In this document: positions 21,399 through 30,013 of the stretch, piece after piece
Layout of the letters: each line of letters opens with the position of its first letter
How positions within the stretch are numbered: position 1 is the stretch's first letter
Assembly: GCA_938044045.1 (NCBI GenBank)
Contig: CALIQN010000110.1
Coordinates: forward strand, 1 to 60,581
Direction of reading: 5' to 3'
Length of the DNA stretch: 60,581 nt
Source of the DNA: an uncultured Peptococcaceae bacterium
Lineage (GTDB): Bacteria; Bacillota; Peptococcia; Peptococcales; Peptococcaceae
Program-made: the position numbers and the translations under genes
The notes under the pieces: generated by a model
Told to the model about the DNA's origin: nothing
What the model saw: the letters and a program-made list of their open reading frames with translations, nothing else
Database searches by the model: none

Positions 21399-22541
21399 AT
21401 GATGACAAAGAAGAATCGAATCATTACCTATATTTTACTACTGGGATTTTTGCTTGGCTTTGGCATGCCAAATGAGGCCTTTGCAGCGACTTCAAAAACA
21501 GAAGTGAGCTATCGTTATTTAAGAGCAGGGGATAATGCAGACTTACCACCGGAAGTTTTAAACCATCTCCCTCTCTTACGTCGCTTTGATCAGGATAGAG
21601 CCTTGATGATTATCCCTGATCCTCCACTTGACTTAGAAAAAAAAGGTGACTATTATGAAGTCCAAGTTGAAAATGGTGCTTGGCTTTTTGATGGGAAATA
21701 CAACGAAGAATACACCTATGCAGATAGAGATAAGGTAGAATTCATTGGCTATTGGACCTTTGTACCTAAGGCTTTTGAACCAGATCAAGCCGCAGCAAAA
21801 GCGAAAAAAGAAAGCCAAGTCCAAGCGCTTGATCCTGCGCTAGGCATCGTTTTACCAAAAGATTTGAATTCACTTGACCATTATCAATACATTTATGGCT
21901 ATCCAGATGGTACCATTCGTCCCTTGGAAAAGCTCACAAGAGCAGAAGTGACAACTATTTTTTATCGTCTTTTGGTGGATAAAAAAAGAGATGCCATCTT
22001 TACCAAGACCAATGCTTTTACTGATGTCAGTGAAAAAGATTGGTACAATAAGGCAGTGTCTTCTATGACTAAGGGCAAGTATTTATCAGGCTATAAAGAT
22101 GGTAGCTTTCTTGCTGATAAGACCATGACTAGGGCAGAATTTTTTGCCTTAGCCTCACGTTTTCTACCATTAAAGTCAGGGGAAATTAGTTTTAAAGACG
22201 TATCACAGACGCATTGGGCTAGAGAAGCGATCACGAGTGCTGTGGCCTATGGCCTTGTAAAGGGACAAAATCAAGATAGCTTTAGACCAGAAGCGTCAAT
22301 CACACGTGCTGAGGCAGTCTATGCCATCAATAGAATGCTCCATCGTGGTGTTGATGCCCTAGGACTTTACCCAGGGTATCAAAAATGGAGAGATAATCCA
22401 GAAGATGCCTGGTACTATTATGATATTATCGAAGCAAGTACGGGTCATACCTATAGTGGTGTCTATCCAAATGAAAGATGGAACACTGTTGGTTTAGAAC
22501 ACAAGTATGATGTGGAAAAATATGAAAGATCAGAAAAATAA
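21399..22541 (+). CDS. SLH-domain cell-surface protein with an N-terminal SHIRT-like domain
   Basis: Signal peptide. VSYRYLRAG...LPPEVLNHLP...GAWLFDG...FIGYWTF pattern. Three SLH repeats (ITRAEA / MTRAEF motifs). Confidence 0.8.
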   Translation: MMTKKNRIITYILLLGFLLGFGMPNEAFAATSKTEVSYRYLRAGDNADLPPEVLNHLPLLRRFDQDRALMIIPDPPLDLEKKGDYYEVQVENGAWLFDGKYNEEYTYADRDKVEFIGYWTFVPKAFEPDQAAAKAKKESQVQALDPALGIVLPKDLNSLDHYQYIYGYPDGTIRPLEKLTRAEVTTIFYRLLVDKKRDAIFTKTNAFTDVSEKDWYNKAVSSMTKGKYLSGYKDGSFLADKTMTRAEFFALASRFLPLKSGEISFKDVSQTHWAREAITSAVAYGLVKGQNQDSFRPEASITRAEAVYAINRMLHRGVDALGLYPGYQKWRDNPEDAWYYYDIIEASTGHTYSGVYPNERWNTVGLEHKYDVEKYERSEK

Positions 22542-22604
22542 GCGCAATTTTTTGCCGTTACCTATAGCACTTTCATTCCCTCTTTAGGAAGTGTTAGATA
22601 CGAG

Positions 22605-22637
22605 ACTCCTATCACTAGAGTGATAGGAGTTTTTTTG
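22605..22637 (+). terminator. intrinsic terminator
   Basis: ACTCCTATCAC / GTGATAGGAGT stem followed by T7. Confidence 0.85.
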
Positions 22638-22704
22638 ATAATTTATAAGTCCTAATGCGTTAAAGGTCAACTTATGGTAGAATAAGCAAGAAATGGGGGA
22701 AAGT

Positions 22705-23187
22705 ATGCAGAGTCTCTATGAAGTGATTATTGTAGAGGGCAAGGCAGATGAGAGTCGTCTAAAAGCCCTCTTTGATGCTTTGGTGGTTGAAGTTGGGGGC
22801 TTGGCCTTGCGTCAAGACAGTCTGAGAAAGCTGGATATTTTAAGTCACTACCTACCAATGATAGCCCTCTTTGATCCCGATAGCGCAGGCAAAACAATAG
22901 CAAAGCGCCTAAAGAAACGCTACCCCAAGCTTAGGGTAGCGACACTCAAGGGCAAGGCCTATCGCTCCAAAAATGGCAAGAAGATAGGACTCGCCTATGC
23001 GAGAAGTGATTTGATTGAAGAAAGCCTCTATCAAGCAGGGGCGAGTGTTTGTTTTTTGGAAAAAAGATATCAAAAAGAGGACTTTTTATTTACCAAGACG
23101 AGTGTTTTGAGTCCTTTGGAGAAAAAATATTGGGCAGATGTATTCAATCGCCTACCACAACATGAGGAGGAAACTTATGGATGTTAG
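22705..23187 (+). CDS. rnmV: ribonuclease M5 (Toprim)
   Basis: IIVEGKADE and FDPDSAGK Toprim motifs. Conserved position upstream of rsmA. ATG 22693 is an alternative start. Confidence 0.85.
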   Translation: MQSLYEVIIVEGKADESRLKALFDALVVEVGGLALRQDSLRKLDILSHYLPMIALFDPDSAGKTIAKRLKKRYPKLRVATLKGKAYRSKNGKKIGLAYARSDLIEESLYQAGASVCFLEKRYQKEDFLFTKTSVLSPLEKKYWADVFNRLPQHEEETYGC

Positions 23188-24016
23188 AACCAGATTAAAG
23201 GCACATCAGTTTCGTTTTAAGAAAAAATTTGGGCAAAACTTCATCACCGATCCTACCTTGCTGGGAAAAATTGCTAGAGTGGCACCTCTTGATGAGGAGA
23301 CAGTGGTCTTAGAAATTGGTGCAGGGGCGGGCACCTTGACTTGTGCCTTGGCAGATTTGTCCAAGGCGGTGATTGCCATTGAAGTGGATAAAACCTTACT
23401 GCCGATTTTGGAAGAAATGACGGTTGGACGGCCTGTGACCTTAATTGAGGGCGATGCCTTAAAATTTGACCTTGATCAGCTAGTGTATGAAAAAACCGGT
23501 GCCAAGTCATATAAAATTATCGCCAATTTACCTTATTACATCACCACACCACTCATCATGAAGGTACTTGAGGAAGCACCTCATGCCAGTGAGATTGTTA
23601 TCATGGTACAAAAAGAGGTTGCCGAACGCCTAAAGGCCAAGTCAGGCTCACGTACTTATGGGGCAATTAGTGTCATGGCACAGTACCAAAGTGAGGTCAA
23701 GGAAGCTTTTTTTGTTTCCAGAAAGGCGTTTATGCCTTCTCCTGAGGTAGACTCAGCGGTGCTTCATTTGAAACGTCATGAAACCAAACCTTATCAAGCT
23801 AAAGATGACAAGGTTTTTCGTAAGGTTGTCAAGGCAAGCTTTGGGCAAAGAAGAAAGATTTTAAGGAATGCTCTAAGAACCCTAGGTTTAGCAGATGAAA
23901 TCTTGGAAGTAGGTTTTGAAAAAGCGGGTATTTCCCCTTTAGCTAGGGGAGAGAGCTTAAGTGTTGAAGACTTTGTGCGCTTGGCTGATGTTTTGTTTGA
24001 GGAGGGCTTGAGATGA
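23177..24016 (+). CDS. rsmA: 16S rRNA (adenine1518/1519-N6)-dimethyltransferase
   Basis: KKKFGQNF and EIGAGAGTLT SAM motif. Start at ATG 23177 after GAGGAGG. Confidence 0.95.
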   Translation: MDVRTRLKAHQFRFKKKFGQNFITDPTLLGKIARVAPLDEETVVLEIGAGAGTLTCALADLSKAVIAIEVDKTLLPILEEMTVGRPVTLIEGDALKFDLDQLVYEKTGAKSYKIIANLPYYITTPLIMKVLEEAPHASEIVIMVQKEVAERLKAKSGSRTYGAISVMAQYQSEVKEAFFVSRKAFMPSPEVDSAVLHLKRHETKPYQAKDDKVFRKVVKASFGQRRKILRNALRTLGLADEILEVGFEKAGISPLARGESLSVEDFVRLADVLFEEGLR

Positions 24017-25581
24017 GTTTCAAGGCACTCTACCGTACCTATCGCCCAAGTCGCTTTGAAGATTTGGTGGGGCAAGAGGTCATTAGTACCATTCTAAAAA
24101 ATGCCCTTATCAAAAATAGACTCTCTCATGCCTATCTTTTTTGTGGGCCAAGGGGGACAGGCAAGACCAGTAGCGCCAAAATCTTGGCAAAGGCAGTCAA
24201 TTGTGAAAATTTGGAGGCAGGGGAGCCTTGTAACCATTGTGCCTCTTGTCTTGCGATGCAAGAAGATCGTATGATGGATGTCTATGAAATTGATGCAGCC
24301 TCCAATCGTGGCATAGAAAATATGCGAGAACTCAAGGAAATGGCATTTTTTGCACCGGCACAAGCCAAGTATAAGGTCTTTATCATTGACGAAGTGCATA
24401 TGCTCACCACAGAAGCCTTTAATGCTTTGTTAAAGATTTTAGAAGAACCGCCAGCACACGTCCTTTTTATCCTCGCTACAACAGATCCTGATAAGGTGCC
24501 CTTGACTGTCCTTTCCCGTACTCAGCGTTTTGATTTTAAGCGCATCCAAAATGAAGATATGCTTGCCCATTTGCGTAAGATTAGCCAAAAAGAGGGAGTC
24601 AGTATCACTGATGAAGCACTTTTTTTAATCGCTGACAGAGCCAAAGGAGGACTAAGAGATGCTTTGAGCCTTTTAGATCAAGCGATTTCCTTTAGTGAGG
24701 GAGAACTGGATAAAAAAGCGATTAGAAAGATTTTAGGTGGGGTAGATGAGAGCGACCTCATTAAGCTCTTGGAAAATCTTTTGGCAAAGGCGTACAATGT
24801 TCTTTTTGATCAATTGGAAACTTTTTTTGCCGATGGTTTAGAGGCCAAGACGATTTTAAGTGCCTTAATCGAGCTCATGCGAGGGATGCTCGCTTTAAAG
24901 GTTGGTCGTCCAGAGGGGAGCCATTTTTCTCATGAAACCATAAGTGCCATTTCACCTTTGGTCGAACGCTTGAGTTTGATGGCGATAGAGCGCTTTTTGA
25001 CTTATTTTGGCGAAGCTATGGTTCAGATGCGTTCTGCACCAAATGGGCAGCTGGTACTGGAGTTGCTCTTTAGCCGCTTGATTATCGCTCAAAAGGGTAT
25101 TGCCACTTATGCAAATGATTTGGCAAGGATACAGCAAGTGAGCCAAGAGGCGAGTTTGACTACAAATAAGGCACAAAGCCTACCATCCAATGAACCTGTA
25201 GCTCCTCAAGCAACACCAGCTGCTTCCCCAACACAAGCGAAAGCGCAAGGCATGCAAAATCAATTGCCTTGGCAAAAAATCATGAATCATTTAGATGAAA
25301 AAAGTTTTCGTTTGTATGGCATTTTTAGAGTGGTGCGACATAAAGTCGATGGGGAAAAATTGCTTTTGGCTGTCCCTCAAGGGGATCATTTTCGTTTGGC
25401 AGAAGTCAAAAAAGAAAGCAACCAAGAGAAACTACTGGAAAGTATCAAAGCTATTACAGGTCGGAGCTTTCGTATAGAAGTGCTTGAACCCTCTCAAAAA
25501 GATGATAAAATAATAGATGAAAGTGTGAAACGTGCCCAAGCACTCTATGGGGCAGATAAAGTAAAAATTAAATACGATTAA
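24013..25581 (+). CDS. dnaX: DNA polymerase III subunit gamma/tau
   Basis: Walker A GPRGTGKTS, zinc module CENLEAGEPCNHCASC, SRTQRF sensor. Confidence 0.96.
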   Translation: MSFKALYRTYRPSRFEDLVGQEVISTILKNALIKNRLSHAYLFCGPRGTGKTSSAKILAKAVNCENLEAGEPCNHCASCLAMQEDRMMDVYEIDAASNRGIENMRELKEMAFFAPAQAKYKVFIIDEVHMLTTEAFNALLKILEEPPAHVLFILATTDPDKVPLTVLSRTQRFDFKRIQNEDMLAHLRKISQKEGVSITDEALFLIADRAKGGLRDALSLLDQAISFSEGELDKKAIRKILGGVDESDLIKLLENLLAKAYNVLFDQLETFFADGLEAKTILSALIELMRGMLALKVGRPEGSHFSHETISAISPLVERLSLMAIERFLTYFGEAMVQMRSAPNGQLVLELLFSRLIIAQKGIATYANDLARIQQVSQEASLTTNKAQSLPSNEPVAPQATPAASPTQAKAQGMQNQLPWQKIMNHLDEKSFRLYGIFRVVRHKVDGEKLLLAVPQGDHFRLAEVKKESNQEKLLESIKAITGRSFRIEVLEPSQKDDKIIDESVKRAQALYGADKVKIKYD

Positions 25582-25600
25582 AAGATAGGAGACTAAATTT

Positions 25601-25921
25601 ATGAGCATGCAAAAAATGATGAAAGAAATGCAAAAAATGCAAAAAAACATGGCAAAACTTCAAGAGGAGCTTGCCCAAACACCAGTAGAAGGTAGTGCCG
25701 GTGGTGGGGTCATCAAGGTAACTGTCAACGGTGCCAATGAAATGCTCTCTGTTGAAATTGATAAAGATATTCTTGACCCAGAAGAAGTAGAAATGCTCCA
25801 AGACCTTATTGTGGCAGCAACCAATGATGCCATGGCTAAGGCCTCTAAACTCAGTGAAGAACGCATGGCAGGACTCACTAAAGGGATGAAGATGCCTGGA
25901 GGTATGGGTGGCTTATTTTAA
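25601..25921 (+). CDS. ybaB: YbaB/EbfC nucleoid-associated protein
   Basis: 106 aa. MQKMQKNMAKLQEEL followed by GGGVIKVTVNG. Sits in the conserved dnaX-ybaB-recR order. Confidence 0.93.
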   Translation: MSMQKMMKEMQKMQKNMAKLQEELAQTPVEGSAGGGVIKVTVNGANEMLSVEIDKDILDPEEVEMLQDLIVAATNDAMAKASKLSEERMAGLTKGMKMPGGMGGLF

Positions 25922-26526
25922 TGCGCCATCAATACAATGATGCGCTGGAAACTTTAATTGATGCCTTTGCCAAGTTGCCTAGTATCGGCAGAAAGAGTGC
26001 CACTAGGTTGGCGTTTCATTTACTTGAGGGTTCCTATGAGGAAGCAGAAGCTTTGGCAAAGGCAATTATTTTTGCCAAGCGCAAGATAAAGCCTTGCAAG
26101 CTTTGCTATAATCTTACCGATAGCGAGTATTGTAAGATTTGTCAAGATGAGACAAGGGACAAAGGTACCCTTTGTGTCGTTGAAAGTGCAAGGGAGCTAG
26201 AGGTCTTAGAGCGTAGTGGTGCCTTTAGGGGGCGCTATCATGTTCTTGGGGGGAGCCTAAGCCCAATTAAAGGTATTGCCCCGGAAAATCTCAGGATAGA
26301 TGAGCTCCTCAAGCGTTTGCAAGATGAGGCGATTACAGAGCTTATCTTAGCGACCAATGCTAGTCTAGAAGGTGAAGCCACTGCCTTTTATATCAATGAT
26401 TTATTAAAAAATAGTGGGATTAAAATCACCCGCATTGCTCAAGGCTTACCTATGGGCGGGGACATCAAGTATACTGACGAGATGACCTTGGCACGTGCAT
26501 TTTTACACAGGCAGGAAATATCGTAA
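25921..26526 (+). CDS. recR: recombination protein RecR
   Basis: LPSIGRKSATRLAFHLL HhH motif, C4 zinc finger CKLCYNLTDSEYCKIC, Toprim. Confidence 0.96.
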   Translation: MRHQYNDALETLIDAFAKLPSIGRKSATRLAFHLLEGSYEEAEALAKAIIFAKRKIKPCKLCYNLTDSEYCKICQDETRDKGTLCVVESARELEVLERSGAFRGRYHVLGGSLSPIKGIAPENLRIDELLKRLQDEAITELILATNASLEGEATAFYINDLLKNSGIKITRIAQGLPMGGDIKYTDEMTLARAFLHRQEIS

Positions 26527-26544
26527 GAAAGAAGTGAAAAAAAT

Positions 26545-27519
26545 ATGGCAAAGCGGCCTCGTAAAGGGCAAGCTTTTTCTCATAAAAGGCAACCTTTTAT
26601 TGTACGTTTTTTTCTTGGATTGATCAAAAAAATCATCGTCATCACCATAATGTTAGGGCTATTTATAGGGAGTGTATTTGGCGGTCTACTCGCTATCAAT
26701 ACCATTTTTAAACCTGAACCTTTGGAAAACTTGCCAATGGAACAAAGACAGGCAGAGGCGATGAAACGTGCCCAAAACAATGTACATTTCTTATTGGTAG
26801 GCTCTGATGAAAGAGAAAATGAAACTTCACGTTCCGATACTATGATTTATATGGTTGTGCGTCCAGATGATAAGAAAATCGCCTATCTTTCCTTTCCTCG
26901 AGATACCTTAGTAGCAATAGAGGGTTATGGAGAAGATAAGCTCAATCACTCCTATGCTTTTGGTGGCTTGGCGTTATTGACTGCGACTTTAAAAAATAAC
27001 TTTCATATTCCGATTGACCATACAGTTAAGGTCAATTTTAAAAGTTTTCAAAAGGTCATTGACACCATGGGTGGGATAACCATAGATGTCGAGACAGATA
27101 TGGATGTCCCTTGGGAAAACATTAATTTAAAAAAAGGAAAACAACTCTTAAATGGCTACAATGCCCTAGCCTATGTACGTTGGCGTAGTGATGGACGAGG
27201 GGACTTGGGACGTATCGAAAGACAGCAAAAATTCATGCACGCTGTCAGTGAAAAATTTAGAGAAATGAAACCTTGGACGGCGGCTAAGGTGCTTTGGGTC
27301 ATCTATCAAGAAGTTGATACAGATATGAGCTTTAAAGATATGGTTTTGTTAGGGACTAAGCTCATTGGTATTGGCAAAGATGATATTCAACACTATAAGC
27401 TGACGGTTCAAGATACCTATATCAATGGCATTAGCTATGTTCTCTTTAATGAGGAAAATGTCAAGGCGGTAATTGATGAGATGAATTATGGGATTGGTGT
27501 GCAAGGGGAGGTAGAATGA
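26545..27519 (+). CDS. LytR-CpsA-Psr (LCP) family cell wall polymer ligase
   Basis: N-terminal TM. LLVGSDERENETSRSDTMIYMVV and LGRIERQQKF motifs. Confidence 0.88.
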   Translation: MAKRPRKGQAFSHKRQPFIVRFFLGLIKKIIVITIMLGLFIGSVFGGLLAINTIFKPEPLENLPMEQRQAEAMKRAQNNVHFLLVGSDERENETSRSDTMIYMVVRPDDKKIAYLSFPRDTLVAIEGYGEDKLNHSYAFGGLALLTATLKNNFHIPIDHTVKVNFKSFQKVIDTMGGITIDVETDMDVPWENINLKKGKQLLNGYNALAYVRWRSDGRGDLGRIERQQKFMHAVSEKFREMKPWTAAKVLWVIYQEVDTDMSFKDMVLLGTKLIGIGKDDIQHYKLTVQDTYINGISYVLFNEENVKAVIDEMNYGIGVQGEVE

Positions 27520-28238
27520 GAAATAAACTCTTTAACCTAGAAATTGATAATCTAACGCTTTTAGAAGCCTTAGAAAAAATAGATGATTTGATTGCTTCTG
27601 GAGGATGTCATCATGTCGTCACTGCCAATCCGGAAATTCTCTATCGTGCTTTAAGTGATAAAGGACTTTATGAGACTATTGCGCAGGCTAGTTTGGTCAC
27701 AGCCGATGGTCAGGGCGTCCTCTTGGCGGGGAAACTCTTGGATCAACCCTTTAAAGCTCGTGTAACGGGGATTGATTTGGCAGAGGCACTTTGTGCAACC
27801 AGTGGTGAACGAGGACACAAGATTTACTTCCTTGGGGGTAAAGAGGGAATCAGCAAAAAAGCGCAGATGGTAATCTTAAGACGCTACCCCAATGCCAATA
27901 TTGTAGGGGAGCATCATGGCTATTTCAAAAATGACATCGAGCCTCTTTTGGCAGACTTAAGGGAAAAACAGCCGGATATTCTTTTGGTGGCGATGGGTTC
28001 TCCTTATCAGGAAGAGTTTATCTTGCGCTATCAGAAGCTTTTAAATATACCTGTGGCAATTGGTGTCGGTGGCACCTTGGATGTCTTTAGTGGTGAGGTC
28101 AAGCGTGCCCCAGAATTGGTGCAGACCTTAAAGCTCGAATGGGCGTACCGTATCCTCTCTGATCCTAAAAGATGGAGACGTACCTTAGTCTTGCCAAAAT
28201 TTGTCCTTGCCGTCTTAAAAGAAAAATACAAAAAATAA
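27516..28238 (+). CDS. tagA: WecG/TagA/CpsF family N-acetylmannosaminyltransferase
   Basis: VVTANPEILYRA, GSPYQEEF and IGVGGTLDVFSGEVKRAP motifs. Confidence 0.88.
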   Translation: MRNKLFNLEIDNLTLLEALEKIDDLIASGGCHHVVTANPEILYRALSDKGLYETIAQASLVTADGQGVLLAGKLLDQPFKARVTGIDLAEALCATSGERGHKIYFLGGKEGISKKAQMVILRRYPNANIVGEHHGYFKNDIEPLLADLREKQPDILLVAMGSPYQEEFILRYQKLLNIPVAIGVGGTLDVFSGEVKRAPELVQTLKLEWAYRILSDPKRWRRTLVLPKFVLAVLKEKYKK

Positions 28239-28279
28239 AAAATACCTCAAGTGTCAAAGGGCACTTGAGGTATTTTTTT
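28238..28279. terminator. bidirectional intrinsic terminator
   Basis: AATACCTCAAGTG / CACTTGAGGTATT stem flanked by A- and T-runs. Lies between convergent genes. Confidence 0.85.
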
Positions 28280-29198
28280 AGGATAATCGTTCGTAGTAGC
28301 TTTCGATTTGTTGGATAATATCGGCTTCCACATCGCTGATGGTTTGATTTTTGGCATAGACGAGGTAGTGCACAATATGGATAGGGTAGTCGGTAAATTC
28401 AATCAATTGAAATTGGCCACTACTAAAGAGAAAATTATTTTCGCAGGCGAGCTTGCTGGTGAGCCCAAGGCTGTTATTTAAACGCACAAAGTCATAAAGA
28501 GCAGCCTGGTCATCGAGGGCAACAAGGCTAGGAATATTGGCAAGGTCACTTTGCTCTTTAAAGATACCTTGGTGGATGAGATCGGTAGGAATGGCGACTT
28601 TAAGATTGTTTTCAATGATTTCATGAAAGGAAATCGCCTCTTTTTTGCAGAAATCACTACTGGACCTGGCAAAGAGGTAGAGCTTGTCAAGGTACATACT
28701 GACCAAACGCAAGTCATTGGTCTCGGCATAGTCACGATGACGCTTTAGACAATAGTCATTGCAGGAAGAAAGCCCAATAACGCCCTTGCCCTCTTGCAAG
28801 AGGCGCATAATATCCCCTGCCATGTGGTGATGAAGGTAAAAATGTACCGAAGGGAAGATTTCCTGACTTCGACTGATGGCCTCGATAAAGGCGGGTTTAC
28901 ACGCATTGGAAGTCAATAAATGGAGATGGGAGAGGGTGACGGTGTTGACCCCTGCTTTCTTTTTGATGGCATAAAAATCCTCGACTGTTTTTTCAATCAA
29001 GGGTACCAAATCTTCTGCCAAGGGGGTCATCTCCATCCCTCGCCGTGTACGCTTGAAAAGCTTTTTGCCAAGCTCATTTTCCAGTCCGGCAATGGCAGAA
29101 GAAAGGGTGGGCTGTCCCACATAGATATTGGCAGCAGCTTGCGACAGGGAACCATACTTGGCCACCATGAGAAAATACTCCAATTGTTCGATACGCAT
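28278..29198 (-). CDS. LysR family transcriptional regulator
   Basis: N-terminal HTH MRIEQLEYFLMVAKYGSLSQAAANIYVGQPTLSSAI. Confidence 0.9.
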   Translation of the reverse strand: MRIEQLEYFLMVAKYGSLSQAAANIYVGQPTLSSAIAGLENELGKKLFKRTRRGMEMTPLAEDLVPLIEKTVEDFYAIKKKAGVNTVTLSHLHLLTSNACKPAFIEAISRSQEIFPSVHFYLHHHMAGDIMRLLQEGKGVIGLSSCNDYCLKRHRDYAETNDLRLVSMYLDKLYLFARSSSDFCKKEAISFHEIIENNLKVAIPTDLIHQGIFKEQSDLANIPSLVALDDQAALYDFVRLNNSLGLTSKLACENNFLFSSGQFQLIEFTDYPIHIVHYLVYAKNQTISDVEADIIQQIESYYERLS

Positions 29199-29208
29199 GA
29201 CTTACCTC

Positions 29209-29904
29209 CTATCTAAAGTCTTCTAGGGCATCAAGGTCTAAAATTTTAAAACTAGAACGGTGATAACTAATTAGCCCCTCATCTGCCATCTGCGTTAGGG
29301 TGCGTGAAAGGGAAGGGCGTTGGACACCAAGATAGAGGGCAAGTTCCTCTCTATTGTAGGGGATTTCAAAGGCTTCGTTTTCTTTTTTGTCCTTGCCAAC
29401 CTGTAAGAGATAGCGTGCCACCTTGCCCTTTAGCGAGGTGGTGGCAAGACAATCCACACGCTTGTTTAAATTTTGGGTTTGGTCAGCAAGGAGTGCCATC
29501 ATGTTTTTGATAACATTTTCATGGCTCTTGCAAGTGGCACTACAGGATTTGTAAAAAATCCTTTTGGGAAAGCGTGCCACACGGGAAGCCTTTGTCGCAC
29601 GAATGGTCATGGCGCTTTTATTTTCTTTACCAAAGACAGTCGCTTGACCATAGACATCACCGCTTTTTAAGGTCTCTACCACAAGGATATTCCCTTGGAC
29701 ATCCATTTTTTCTAAGATGAGCTCGCCTTTTAAAATGAGTAAAATATCTTCTAGGGGAACATCTTGCTCATGGACGATTTCATCTTTGGTATAAGAAACA
29801 ATTATTGGGTAATTACAAGTCAAAAATTTTACGATTTCATCAGTACTACAGCTAGCAAATAAGGGAGAAGTACGCATCAAATCCAAATCTTCTGATATTA
29901 TCAT
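29209..29904 (-). CDS. hcpR: Crp/Fnr family regulator, HcpR-like
   Basis: cNMP-binding-type beta-roll plus C-terminal HTH (REELALYLGVQRPSLSRTL). Divergent from hcp. Start at ATG 29904 after AAAGGAGG. Confidence 0.8.
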   Translation of the reverse strand: MIISEDLDLMRTSPLFASCSTDEIVKFLTCNYPIIVSYTKDEIVHEQDVPLEDILLILKGELILEKMDVQGNILVVETLKSGDVYGQATVFGKENKSAMTIRATKASRVARFPKRIFYKSCSATCKSHENVIKNMMALLADQTQNLNKRVDCLATTSLKGKVARYLLQVGKDKKENEAFEIPYNREELALYLGVQRPSLSRTLTQMADEGLISYHRSSFKILDLDALEDFR

Positions 29905-29920
29905 AAGAATACCTCCTTTT

Positions 29921-29962
29921 GTAACTATAGTTACATACACAACTTTACATGATATTTATAAT
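29921..29962 (+). promoter_or_regulatory. candidate HcpR operator plus hcp promoter
   Basis: Perfect palindrome GTAAC-TATA-GTTAC (29921..29934). TATAAT at 29957..29962. The palindrome centre is about 41.5 nt upstream of the predicted TSS near 29969. Confidence 0.6.
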
Positions 29963-30013
29963 GGTGGCAAGCTAAAGTTAAATAATAGAGTGTATTTTAG
30001 AGGAGGAAATATT

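Noticed and set aside
25408-25414. AAAAAAG run in dnaX as a possible gamma/tau -1 frameshift site
   Set aside because: The zero-frame codons are AAA AAA G, not A AAA AAG. The site is near the extreme C-terminus (about residue 466 of 522), and I saw no downstream stem-loop.
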